From a bacterium (GTDB lineage: Bacteria > Patescibacteriota > Microgenomatia > Curtissbacterales > GWA2-41-24), in assembly GCA_021813125.1 (NCBI GenBank), contig JAKALT010000001.1:64023-128022 (forward strand): a stretch of DNA of 64,000 nucleotides. The letters are read 5' to 3'. The notes below the pieces were generated by a model. That model was not told the origin of the DNA, made no database searches, and saw only the letters and a list, made by a program, of their open reading frames with translations. Shown piece by piece: positions 37,785 through 46,448 of the stretch (position 1 is the stretch's first letter; the number at the start of each line of letters is the position of its first letter). A program made the position numbers and the translations under genes.

Positions 37785-38496
37785 CGAAGAATTACAAAAT
37801 CACCTAAGAAAAAACATTTTCCTGGTAAAAAGCGCCCTAGACTGGACGGTTGAATATGCTATATCAGCAGGCCAAAAGAGCGAAACGTTTGCATATATAC
37901 CAAAAATTTGGGAGGATGATGCATTTTTAATTAAAAAAGACCAGGAAGAAGCGGAAAATATAACCGTTTCACCAAAAACAGCCCAGGTTTTTATCCCGCT
38001 TTCCCAAATCGACAACCTGCATGATCTTTTGCATGAGTCAATTCATCGCTTAGGCATTTTGCAAATAAATGTACGGGGAAATCTTCTTTTGCCGCAGATT
38101 GCCGAAACTTTTGATCTTCAGCTTGTTCTAAAGGATAGCAAAAATATAAACCCGGATTCGTTTGACTTGGTTCTTCCATCCCCGGGCGATTATCAAACCG
38201 CAAAAAATCATCTCGTAAATGTTTACGAACGGCTGCTTGAAGGAATTACGGAATGGTTAACCCAGTTTACAAACACGCTCTCTCGCGAACATGGGTACGC
38301 CTTATTTGAGGATTTATCTCAAAAGTATTCAAAAGAAGTAGAGCTTATTGAAAAAATTAAAAGTGGACTTAGCCAAAAAGCCTTGTCCGACCAGCACGCC
38401 AATGCAATCTTGATCGCCTTTTCCCTAACCGGCGATGCCGAGGCGTTGCAATCTAAATTGTCGGGAGACTTTTTAAAATTTTTGAACGAATTTTAA
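37774..38496 (+). CDS. Hypothetical HExxH...E (gluzincin-like) protein
   Basis: LHESIH and LLEGITEW. Confidence 0.6.
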   Translation: MADNEELQNHLRKNIFLVKSALDWTVEYAISAGQKSETFAYIPKIWEDDAFLIKKDQEEAENITVSPKTAQVFIPLSQIDNLHDLLHESIHRLGILQINVRGNLLLPQIAETFDLQLVLKDSKNINPDSFDLVLPSPGDYQTAKNHLVNVYERLLEGITEWLTQFTNTLSREHGYALFEDLSQKYSKEVELIEKIKSGLSQKALSDQHANAILIAFSLTGDAEALQSKLSGDFLKFLNEF

Positions 38497-38497
38497 C

Positions 38498-39016
38498 CTA
38501 ACTTCCAAAGAATATTTTGTAAACTAGAGAAGTAATTGGGTCAATATCCTGCCCATGCGCAATTATTCCGCCTAAAGCACCGAGAAGAAGCATTATTAAA
38601 AGGCCCAGTAATGCCAAAACAACAATCAAATGTTTTCTAAAAATTACGTTATCAACTATTCCTGTGACTTTGCTTACCAAACTCGAAAGTGCTCCTAGCC
38701 TGTTGACAAAAGTATTGTTTTTACCTACAACCTCCACAAGGTAGAAAAAGCCGACAAAAGCAAAGTTAACAATAGCCAATTTTGCAAAAGCCGAATGTAC
38801 TTCAACTACCCTATTAAGATCCTCGAATTGTCTTGCAATTATTTCCCCGCTTGCATAAGCTGGCAAAAGTGAAAGTGAGCCTAAAATGGCAAATGCTGCT
38901 TTCACCCAAAAAAAGATCTGGCTTTCCAAAAATTTTCTAAATCTTAGAACTTCGAGAATACAATAGACGGTTAGCAAGGCAACCGGAAAGTGGACTATAA
39001 GAGGGTGAAAATTCAT
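38498..39016 (-). CDS. DUF2231-like membrane protein
   Basis: HPLIVHFPVAL N-terminus, conserved H and GG in TM segments. Confidence 0.8.
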   Translation of the reverse strand: MNFHPLIVHFPVALLTVYCILEVLRFRKFLESQIFFWVKAAFAILGSLSLLPAYASGEIIARQFEDLNRVVEVHSAFAKLAIVNFAFVGFFYLVEVVGKNNTFVNRLGALSSLVSKVTGIVDNVIFRKHLIVVLALLGLLIMLLLGALGGIIAHGQDIDPITSLVYKIFFGS

Positions 39017-39020
39017 CTCA

Positions 39021-39482
39021 TCAACCTTTTTTGGATTTTACCGCTTTAGACAAATTTACCAAAAGTTCAAGCTGTTTTTGCATTTGTTTATCTTGCTCCG
39101 ATAAATGCAGAAGTATTTGTTCAATATCCGTGTAGCTGGAAATCGTCGTTTTATACTCTTCTTCAGCCCTTACTTCAGCATGCCTTCCCTGAAGATTTTG
39201 GCCAACCATAATAAGCGGCATCAGAAGCAACTGGACGATATTTCCCAAAAAAAGCAGAAAGGCAAATGGGAACGGATCAAAAGGTTTATGGGCAAAGAAC
39301 GTTTGCCAAAGCATCCAGCCCGACATAAAAACAAGGAAAAAATATACGGCGTACATCGTGCCGACAATTTTTGTCGTGTAAAGCGCAATTTTATCCTGAA
39401 CGTTAAAAGTTTCCCGATGTTTTACGTTGACATTCTCGGGTTTGTGCCTTTGTCTTAAATAATCGCTGAAATTACGATCCAT
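39021..39482 (-). CDS. DUF1003-family membrane protein
   Basis: PFDPFPFAFL, PLIMVGQN. Confidence 0.88.
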   Translation of the reverse strand: MDRNFSDYLRQRHKPENVNVKHRETFNVQDKIALYTTKIVGTMYAVYFFLVFMSGWMLWQTFFAHKPFDPFPFAFLLFLGNIVQLLLMPLIMVGQNLQGRHAEVRAEEEYKTTISSYTDIEQILLHLSEQDKQMQKQLELLVNLSKAVKSKKG

Positions 39483-39483
39483 T

Positions 39484-41136
39484 TTACCAAGATACCCTTA
39501 CGTGTTTCATAGCATAATCTAAACTGCCGTCAACTTTTTTATGCGGATTAAAAATTCCTTGCGGATCAAAAATATCTTTTGTTTCGGAAAACAAATTCAC
39601 AACTTTTTCTCCATACATTTGTTTTAAATATGGGGTACGGATCAAACCGTCATTGTGCTCTGCTGTGATAGAGCCCTTGTACTTTATGATAATTGAATAA
39701 ACTTCATTTGCAATTTGCGGGATAAGCTCTCTGACTTTGGGTTTTGTGATATCAACAAGAGGAATAATATGGAAATTGCCATCTCCAACGTGTCCCGCTA
39801 CAGTAAAAATAAATTCAGGATGTTTGCTTAGGATATCTGTAACCTGTGGTATCACTTCGGAAATATATTCTGGTTTGATATCAAAGTCGTCAATAAATGG
39901 GGCAGTGTGCTTGTCCCTGATCTTTTTCCTTAACAAGTTAAAACTCTCTCTCCTTACAAGCCAGTACCTTTTTTCAGCCGAATCTTCGGCAATTTGGGTT
40001 TGTGGATGTAGTGGTTTTAATTTTTCGCGAAGCTTTTTTACTTTATCTTCAACCTCACTTACGTCATCGCTTGTAAAGTCGACTTGCAGAACAAGTTTGG
40101 GCAGTTTTCTTCCCGTAAACAAATCAAAAAACGCAGGAAAAAACGCCAACCCTGCTTCAACCATTCCCAATGGCCCTAGCTGTTTTGCGAATTCCGGAAA
40201 ATATCTTAGCGCAAGTTTTAACGTGTTATCGTCATAAGATTCAAAACTTTCAGGTTTAAGCTCCAGCACCTCATTTATAATTTGCCCCAAATGCGACATG
40301 TCATGAAGAAAAATAATCAGCATTTCGCGGTGTTTGTGAACAGGCACAAGCTCAAGATTCCCCTCTAAAAATAACCCTAAAGTTCCCTGCGCACCAACCC
40401 AGAGTTTAGTCAAGTCAAAAATTTTGGTTTCTTTGTCGTATACATTCCAAAGATAATAACCTGCTGAATTTTTGGAAACATCGGGTTTTGCCTTTTGTAA
40501 TATTTCGTAGTTAGAATCTACAAGATCAAACATTCTTTTATAAATATTCCCTTCAAAATCACCTTTTTTAATTTTTGCTTTAAGCCCCTTTTCGTCCAGA
40601 GCTTTTATGTCGTACGCTTTACCGTCAGCAAGAACGGCCCTCACCCTTTTTACATATTTTTCTGTTTTTCCATACTGCAGCGATTTTTCGCCGCCGGAAT
40701 TGTTGTTAAAAATTCCACCCATTGCGCACAGTTCGCGTGATGCCGGGTAAGAAGGAAAAATCAAATTTTGCTTTAGGGTTTCAACCTCCAGGTCACGGTA
40801 GTAAACACCGCTCTGGCATGTAACAACGTTTCCGGAAACCGTAGGGGTTTCATTAAAATATTTCATAAAGGAAACGACGATAGAATCTCCAATCGCTCCA
40901 CCCGACATGTCTGTTCCTGCAGACCTGCCGGTTAACGAAAGTTCGGGGTTATTTTTTTTGTTTTTGGCAACATATGATACCAGGGCCTCGACATCCTCCT
41001 CATCTTTTGGAAAAACTACAACTTGGGGTTTTATTTCAAACAAGCTGGCGTCATGGCTAAACTGTGTAAGGGTATCGGAATCCTCGATAACATCACCTTT
41101 AATAATTTTGGAAAGATCCTGGGCAAGATTTGTCAT
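39484..41136 (-). CDS. FAD-linked oxidoreductase (GlcD/D-lactate dehydrogenase-like)
   Basis: GRSAGTDMSG, GAQGTLG, GHVGDGNFH, AEHNDG, DPQGIFNP. Confidence 0.9.
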   Translation of the reverse strand: MTNLAQDLSKIIKGDVIEDSDTLTQFSHDASLFEIKPQVVVFPKDEEDVEALVSYVAKNKKNNPELSLTGRSAGTDMSGGAIGDSIVVSFMKYFNETPTVSGNVVTCQSGVYYRDLEVETLKQNLIFPSYPASRELCAMGGIFNNNSGGEKSLQYGKTEKYVKRVRAVLADGKAYDIKALDEKGLKAKIKKGDFEGNIYKRMFDLVDSNYEILQKAKPDVSKNSAGYYLWNVYDKETKIFDLTKLWVGAQGTLGLFLEGNLELVPVHKHREMLIIFLHDMSHLGQIINEVLELKPESFESYDDNTLKLALRYFPEFAKQLGPLGMVEAGLAFFPAFFDLFTGRKLPKLVLQVDFTSDDVSEVEDKVKKLREKLKPLHPQTQIAEDSAEKRYWLVRRESFNLLRKKIRDKHTAPFIDDFDIKPEYISEVIPQVTDILSKHPEFIFTVAGHVGDGNFHIIPLVDITKPKVRELIPQIANEVYSIIIKYKGSITAEHNDGLIRTPYLKQMYGEKVVNLFSETKDIFDPQGIFNPHKKVDGSLDYAMKHVRVSW

Positions 41137-42132
41137 TCAGGAAGTTTTTCTGGCGATAACTTTTTTGACAGCAGCAGCAATAGCACCTTTGTCCATTTTG
41201 TATTTTTCCAAAAGTTCCTGCGGCTTGCCGGATTCAGCAAATGTGTCCTGAAGGCCAATAAACTCAATAGGCGTGGGTTTGTGTTTTGCCAAAGTTTCAG
41301 AAATTGCACCACCCAAGCCTCCCATAACTTGGTGGTCTTCCACGGTAACTGCCGCGCCCGATTTATTAACCATATTTACAACCGCTTCCACATCAAGCAG
41401 CTTGATGGTTGAGACATTGACAACTTCAACATCTATTTTTTCCTCTTTAAGCTGCTTGGCTGCCAAAAGTGCGTGATACAGCATGTAACCAGTTGCAAAA
41501 ATTGTTGCTTCCGGTGATTCAGTTTCCCAGTAAACGTCAATTTTTCCAGGCTCAAAAGGAGTTTTTTCACTTGTCATAACGGCAGTCTTGTCTCTTGTGA
41601 AACGGATATAAACAGGCCCCTTAATCTTTGAAGCTGCCAAGGTAGCCTTTTTTGCCTGGTTTGAATCGCACGGAATAAATATCGTCACATTTGGAAGCGC
41701 CCTCATTATTGCAATATCCTCCGTCGCCTGGTGGGTTGCACCATCCGGCCCGGTAACAATCCCCGAATGATGGCCTGCAATTTTGACATTTGCATCGTTG
41801 TAAACAATCGTCGTTCTTACGGTTTCCCAATTTTTCCCGGGCGAAAACGTTGCGTAAGATGCTATAAAAGGAATCTTCCCGGAAACTGCCAGCCCCGCGG
41901 CAACAGAAGCCATGTTTTGCTCGGCAACTCCGCATTGGATAAAACGTTCCGGAAATTCCTTCGCAAATTTATGGCAATGGGTTGATTCAGTAAGGTCTGC
42001 AGAAAGGGCAACGACATTTTTTTCCAGTTTTCCTGCTTCAAGTAGACCTTCCCCAAAACCCAAACGCGTTGTCTGCATCTCACAGTCGGAACCAAAAATT
42101 TTCTCGCTCAATTTTAGTTTAGGGTTTAACAT
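41137..42132 (-). CDS. tktB: Transketolase, C-terminal subunit
   Basis: ADLTES, GVAEQN, GPDGATHQ, VEDH...GGLG; probable start ATG 42132. Confidence 0.92.
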   Translation of the reverse strand: MLNPKLKLSEKIFGSDCEMQTTRLGFGEGLLEAGKLEKNVVALSADLTESTHCHKFAKEFPERFIQCGVAEQNMASVAAGLAVSGKIPFIASYATFSPGKNWETVRTTIVYNDANVKIAGHHSGIVTGPDGATHQATEDIAIMRALPNVTIFIPCDSNQAKKATLAASKIKGPVYIRFTRDKTAVMTSEKTPFEPGKIDVYWETESPEATIFATGYMLYHALLAAKQLKEEKIDVEVVNVSTIKLLDVEAVVNMVNKSGAAVTVEDHQVMGGLGGAISETLAKHKPTPIEFIGLQDTFAESGKPQELLEKYKMDKGAIAAAVKKVIARKTS

Positions 42133-42133
42133 G

Positions 42134-43012
42134 CTAGTTAAGTTCCTCCTCAATCTTTTTTAAATCCGAAAGGGCAACTTTTACTTGTTCATCTTTTGAC
42201 GGAGCACCTGCTACATCAGCGATTCCGGGCGGATTTCCGTGCCACAGATAATTATTTTCCATATAAGAAACGCCCTTTCCCGGAATTATATGAGCAACTA
42301 CAGCAGTTGGTTTGTTGTGTGTCGCCTGCGCCTGAGAAATTGCATCAACAAAGGCTCTAATGTTATGACCGTCAACCTCGATTGTTTCCCACCCGAAAGA
42401 CCGGTATTTCGAAACGACCGGTTCAAGTGGCATAACATTTTCAGTGTCACCATCTATTTGTATGTTGTTTCTGTCCAAAATTAAGGTTAAGTTATCCAGT
42501 TTATATTTTGGTGCGAGCATCAAGGCTTCCCATGTATTACCCTCCTGGTGCTCCCCGTCTGAAGCTATACAGTAAATTCTGTGTGTTTTACCATCCATCT
42601 TTGCGGCAATCGCCATACCAATTGACTGGGAAAGCCCTTCACCAAGTGGCCCGGAAGTGGTTTCAACTCCTGGCAAGGCACTTCTGTGCGGATGCCCCTG
42701 CAACCTTGAGTTTATTTTACGAAGAGTCATAAGCTCCTCTTGCGGAAAATATCCGGCAAGAGCCATAGCAGCGTAACGCACCGGGCATATATGACCATTA
42801 GAAAGAACAAGCCTGTCTCGGTCGTCGGAATCGGGCTTTTTGGGTTCATGATTTAATATATGGAAATAAAAAGCGGAAAAGATATCGGCCATCCCTAACG
42901 GGCCTGCAGAGTGGCCCGATTTTGCTTCAGCCAGCATTTCGATTATCATTTGACGGATTTTGTTGGCTTTTCTCTCCAGATCCCTAATTTTGTCTTCGTC
43001 AAGGTCTTTCAT
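42134..43012 (-). CDS. tktA: Transketolase, N-terminal subunit
   Basis: SGH, DRLVLSNGH, LQGHP, SDGEHQEG..WE, GKGVS.ME...WHG. Confidence 0.93.
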   Translation of the reverse strand: MKDLDEDKIRDLERKANKIRQMIIEMLAEAKSGHSAGPLGMADIFSAFYFHILNHEPKKPDSDDRDRLVLSNGHICPVRYAAMALAGYFPQEELMTLRKINSRLQGHPHRSALPGVETTSGPLGEGLSQSIGMAIAAKMDGKTHRIYCIASDGEHQEGNTWEALMLAPKYKLDNLTLILDRNNIQIDGDTENVMPLEPVVSKYRSFGWETIEVDGHNIRAFVDAISQAQATHNKPTAVVAHIIPGKGVSYMENNYLWHGNPPGIADVAGAPSKDEQVKVALSDLKKIEEELN

Positions 43013-43014
43013 TA

Positions 43015-44289
43015 CTATTTCAGAACCACCATTAAATCAGAAACATTAGAAGGTAGCCTACCTGTCAGTATAGCATCGCCGATAGATTCAAAAAAAGCAA
43101 AACTGTCGTTTTCACCCAAGAATTTTTGAAGATCCAAACCTGCGGCTTTCGCTTTCCTGACAGTTTCCAGATCGCCGATTGCCCCGGCCGCCTCACTGTT
43201 GTCCCAGCCGTCTGAATCAAAAGAGGCAATTATAACTCCTTCGGTTATGCTGGAAAGGGCAGACAAAACAAGCTGCTGGTTACGCCCGCCTTTTCCACTG
43301 CCCGTAACTCTAACTGACGTTTCGCCTCCAACCAAAAGGATAGTTCCGGTTTGCGTTGCCTCGATTAAATTCTTCCCTGCCATATTTGCATCGTCCTGAA
43401 AACTATTTGTGGCAATAATGGCTTTTTGTCCCAGCTCCTCCGCCCGTTTTTGCATTGCCGAAAGAGCAGTATCGTTACTTAAAAATAAAATATTGTCGAC
43501 ATTTTCGAAATATTTTTCTTCTTTTGGGCTTTCGATAAAACTACTCTCAATTGCACCAAGCTTCTCGCCTAAATTATATTTCTTGACGACGCCCTCAGCG
43601 TCTTCCTGTGTAGATTCATCCTTAACTGTAGGCCCGGATGCAATAACTGAAAAATTATTTCCCGGAACGTCTGAGAAAATTAAATTGACTATTTTGGCCG
43701 GGAAAAGTATTTGTGCCAGCCCTCCACCTTTTACAACGTCAAGATGTTTTCTTACTGCATTCATTTCCCTAATATCCGCCCCGCAATGTAAAAGTTCCGT
43801 ATTAACTTGAATCATCTGGTCGAGTGTCAGGTTATGCGGCGACTCAAGCATAACTGAGCCTCCGCCACAGGTAACAATAATTACTAAGTCACGTTGCGAC
43901 AAATTATTCAGTTTAGCAATAATTTTTTTTGTAAATTCTAAATTCTGGGGGGATGGTAGGGGATGAGTGCCTAGTGTAAATTCTACCTTTGAAAATTTCT
44001 CCTCCGTGACGTCAATCACATAGCCTGCAGTTAAACTTTCCCCAAGTACAGGCTCTATAAGTTTGCAGTTTCCAGCGGAGCCCTTTCCGTATCCCAATAA
44101 AAATACACGGTCAAAATCCGATAGATTATACGATTTACTTTGAATTCTCAAAACTCCGTTTTGAATCGACAAATTCTCCCTGAAAACTTCTTCCGGCTGA
44201 ATTGAAGCTATAGCAGCCTCAACAAGTTCAAGCAAAATTTTACGCCTGCCGTCTGTTGCTAGTTGCTGGTAGTTTTTTATAAAACCCAC
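43015..44289 (-). CDS. Glycerate 2-kinase (TtuD/MOFRL family)
   Basis: GKG, HPLP, GGGS, N.VRKHL..VKGG.LA, SDVPG, IASGPT, GGET, GGRNQ, NVSD. Confidence 0.92.
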   Translation of the reverse strand: MGFIKNYQQLATDGRRKILLELVEAAIASIQPEEVFRENLSIQNGVLRIQSKSYNLSDFDRVFLLGYGKGSAGNCKLIEPVLGESLTAGYVIDVTEEKFSKVEFTLGTHPLPSPQNLEFTKKIIAKLNNLSQRDLVIIVTCGGGSVMLESPHNLTLDQMIQVNTELLHCGADIREMNAVRKHLDVVKGGGLAQILFPAKIVNLIFSDVPGNNFSVIASGPTVKDESTQEDAEGVVKKYNLGEKLGAIESSFIESPKEEKYFENVDNILFLSNDTALSAMQKRAEELGQKAIIATNSFQDDANMAGKNLIEATQTGTILLVGGETSVRVTGSGKGGRNQQLVLSALSSITEGVIIASFDSDGWDNSEAAGAIGDLETVRKAKAAGLDLQKFLGENDSFAFFESIGDAILTGRLPSNVSDLMVVLK

Positions 44290-44328
44290 TTATTTTCATT
44301 ATACAAAGATAATGGAAGGTAAATCTAA

Positions 44329-44889
44329 TCAGCTTTTAGCTAAAACGCCCGAATTAGTAACCACAAAATTCATCCTTAAATCATGTGGTTTAGCGGGCAG
44401 ATAGTCAACGATCTGAAAATCATAGGCAAGGCCGACCATTAGTGCCCTGGAGTCAGAAAGCAGGCGATCATAAACACCGTTTCCGTAACCAAGCCGAATT
44501 AGACTTTTGGAAAACCCAACTGCCGGAATGATTGCCAAATCCAAACCACCTTCAATTGTGTCTCCATATTTTGGCTGTAATGTTCCAAAAGGTCCGGCTA
44601 TTAAATCTGTTTCTTGAACGAATTTTAAACACAGCCATTGTCCATCAAAATATCCCGGTAAATATATTTCTGCACCCATATTTTTGAAATAAGCCAATAT
44701 CTCAGCCGTTTCGACCTCATTATTTATAGGAAGATACAAAAGCACTCTTTTTTTTGTAGCAATTGCATCGATTTTTAGTAGGTTTTTAAAAATTTTTGAG
44801 CTTTTTTGGGAAATTTCATCGCCCGATAGGCTTTTTCTTCCTTTTATTAAAGTTTTCCGGATGGAGTCTTTACTTACAAGTTTCGTCAT
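44329..44889 (-). CDS. 5-formyltetrahydrofolate cyclo-ligase
   Basis: NNEV, DLAIIPAVGF, RLGYGNGVYDR, PHD. Confidence 0.92.
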   Translation of the reverse strand: MTKLVSKDSIRKTLIKGRKSLSGDEISQKSSKIFKNLLKIDAIATKKRVLLYLPINNEVETAEILAYFKNMGAEIYLPGYFDGQWLCLKFVQETDLIAGPFGTLQPKYGDTIEGGLDLAIIPAVGFSKSLIRLGYGNGVYDRLLSDSRALMVGLAYDFQIVDYLPAKPHDLRMNFVVTNSGVLAKS

Positions 44890-44945
44890 GGGTAAAAAAA
44901 CACTACATGAGCTAAAAATTAACTCAAATTAATTTTGCAGACTGG

Positions 44946-45347
44946 CTATTTATTCTTTTTCAGAAGCTTATCGGAATATTTATCAATGCCAAAGTCCAAA
45001 AGAGAAACAAGGATGGCAACAATAATTACGAAAATAACACTAGAGATACCCAGCCCTGTCAGAACAGATAGCCTCTTCACAAGCCAAATCCCAATAACAA
45101 GTGCAATAAAATCCAAAACAATCCACACCCTTGAATCTTTAACCGTTATTTCTGCTTTTTCGGCAGCCACCGGGACTAAAAAGAAAACAATTGTTACCAG
45201 AAAAGCCGAAAAAACCGAGGCGAGCCCCTTGGAAAGGACTGCATTACCCAAAACGACAGACGAACTAAAAATTTGCGATAAAACAGCAAGCAAAATGCTG
45301 TTTACAACCCAGATAGCTAAAAACTTAATAAGCCTTGTTTGCTCCAT
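44946..45347 (-). CDS. Hypothetical 4-TM membrane protein
   Basis: Four hydrophobic segments; co-oriented with downstream genes. Confidence 0.7.
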   Translation of the reverse strand: MEQTRLIKFLAIWVVNSILLAVLSQIFSSSVVLGNAVLSKGLASVFSAFLVTIVFFLVPVAAEKAEITVKDSRVWIVLDFIALVIGIWLVKRLSVLTGLGISSVIFVIIVAILVSLLDFGIDKYSDKLLKKNK

Positions 45348-45437
45348 CCAACCTCACATCCAAAGAATAAATCAAGCAGAATCCCAAGTCAATACTAAAT
45401 TGACTTAGCTTCGATTGTATAGTAGAGTAAATACTGC

Positions 45438-45740
45438 ATGTTAAGCCAGGAAACCATAATTGAAAAGCTCAGGGAGTGTCTAGACCCGGAGTTAGGCATA
45501 AACATTGTTGATCTCGGCCTTGTTTACAGCATCAACATTGAAGACTCAAACATTGGTGTTCAAATGACCCTGACCACACCCGGTTGCCCGCTTGATTCCT
45601 ATTTCGTTAAAGATGTTACCTCCAAGTTAAAAACCATCAAAGGGGTCAAAGATGTTATGGTGGAAATGACGTTTGACCCTCCTTGGAACCCCTCAAAAAT
45701 GACTGAGGAATCAAAAGATCTGCTCGGCTTTGTCAATTAA
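45438..45740 (+). CDS. DUF59/SufT-like Fe-S cluster assembly protein
   Basis: DPELGINIVDLGLVY, MTLTTPGCP, FDPPW. Confidence 0.93.
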   Translation: MLSQETIIEKLRECLDPELGINIVDLGLVYSINIEDSNIGVQMTLTTPGCPLDSYFVKDVTSKLKTIKGVKDVMVEMTFDPPWNPSKMTEESKDLLGFVN

Positions 45741-45850
45741 TTTCCGATACTGCCCTAACTGCCCCAAAACAACCTTGACTTTCGGGTTATATTCGGGTAA
45801 GCTATTAACCATTAACGATTTACGATTAACATTTTTTGGGGTATTGACAA

Positions 45851-45898
45851 GGACAAGATTTAGTGTCTAATCTGGAATTAGACCACAATATATTGTGC
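45851..45898 (+). promoter_or_regulatory. Tandem NrdR boxes
   Basis: Perfect palindrome CACAATATATTGTG (45884-45897) and a weaker GGACAAGATTTAGTGT 32 bp upstream; TTGACA adjacent; precedes nrdR-nrdJ. Confidence 0.85.
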
Positions 45899-45986
45899 TT
45901 TTGGGAAAAGTGTGAAACATTAGCCTGCAAAACCAAAAGCAACATTTTCAAATCAGGGCAGCTATATATAAAGATAGGGGAGTGAA

Positions 45987-46448
45987 GTGATTTGTCCTTT
46001 TTGTGCCAACGAGGCAACTAAAGTATTAGACAAGCGAGAAGGTGATTTTGGGAAAGTAACCAGAAGACGTCGGGAGTGTCAAAAATGTGGTCGCAGGTTT
46101 ACAACTTTCGAAAGAGCCGAAACTTTAGATCTTTTAATAGTTAAAAAAGACGGAAAAAGAGAAATATTCGACAGGGCCAAACTTAGAAGCGGAATCATCA
46201 AAGCTTGCGAGAAAAGGCCGGTTTCCGCAGAAAGCATCGAGAAGGTTATAGACGAAATCGAAGCGGACTTAAGAAAAAGCAGCGCCAGCGAAGTACCAAG
46301 CAAAACAGTAGGCGAACAAGTGACAAAAAAGCTCAAAAAGTTGGATAAGGTTGCCTACATAAGGTTTGCGTCGGTTTACAGGCAGTTTGCCGATATAAGT
46401 GATTTTGAAAACGAATTGGCCAAACTGTCAAAGAGGTTTAAAAAATGA
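45987..46448 (+). CDS. nrdR: Transcriptional repressor NrdR
   Basis: CPFC, RRRRECQKCGRRFTTFE, ATP cone, VAYIRFASVYR. Confidence 0.97.
   Translation: MICPFCANEATKVLDKREGDFGKVTRRRRECQKCGRRFTTFERAETLDLLIVKKDGKREIFDRAKLRSGIIKACEKRPVSAESIEKVIDEIEADLRKSSASEVPSKTVGEQVTKKLKKLDKVAYIRFASVYRQFADISDFENELAKLSKRFKK

Noticed and set aside
44935-45408. Plus-strand 157-aa ORF
   Set aside because: Antisense to the 4-TM protein 44946-45347, which has the more protein-like composition
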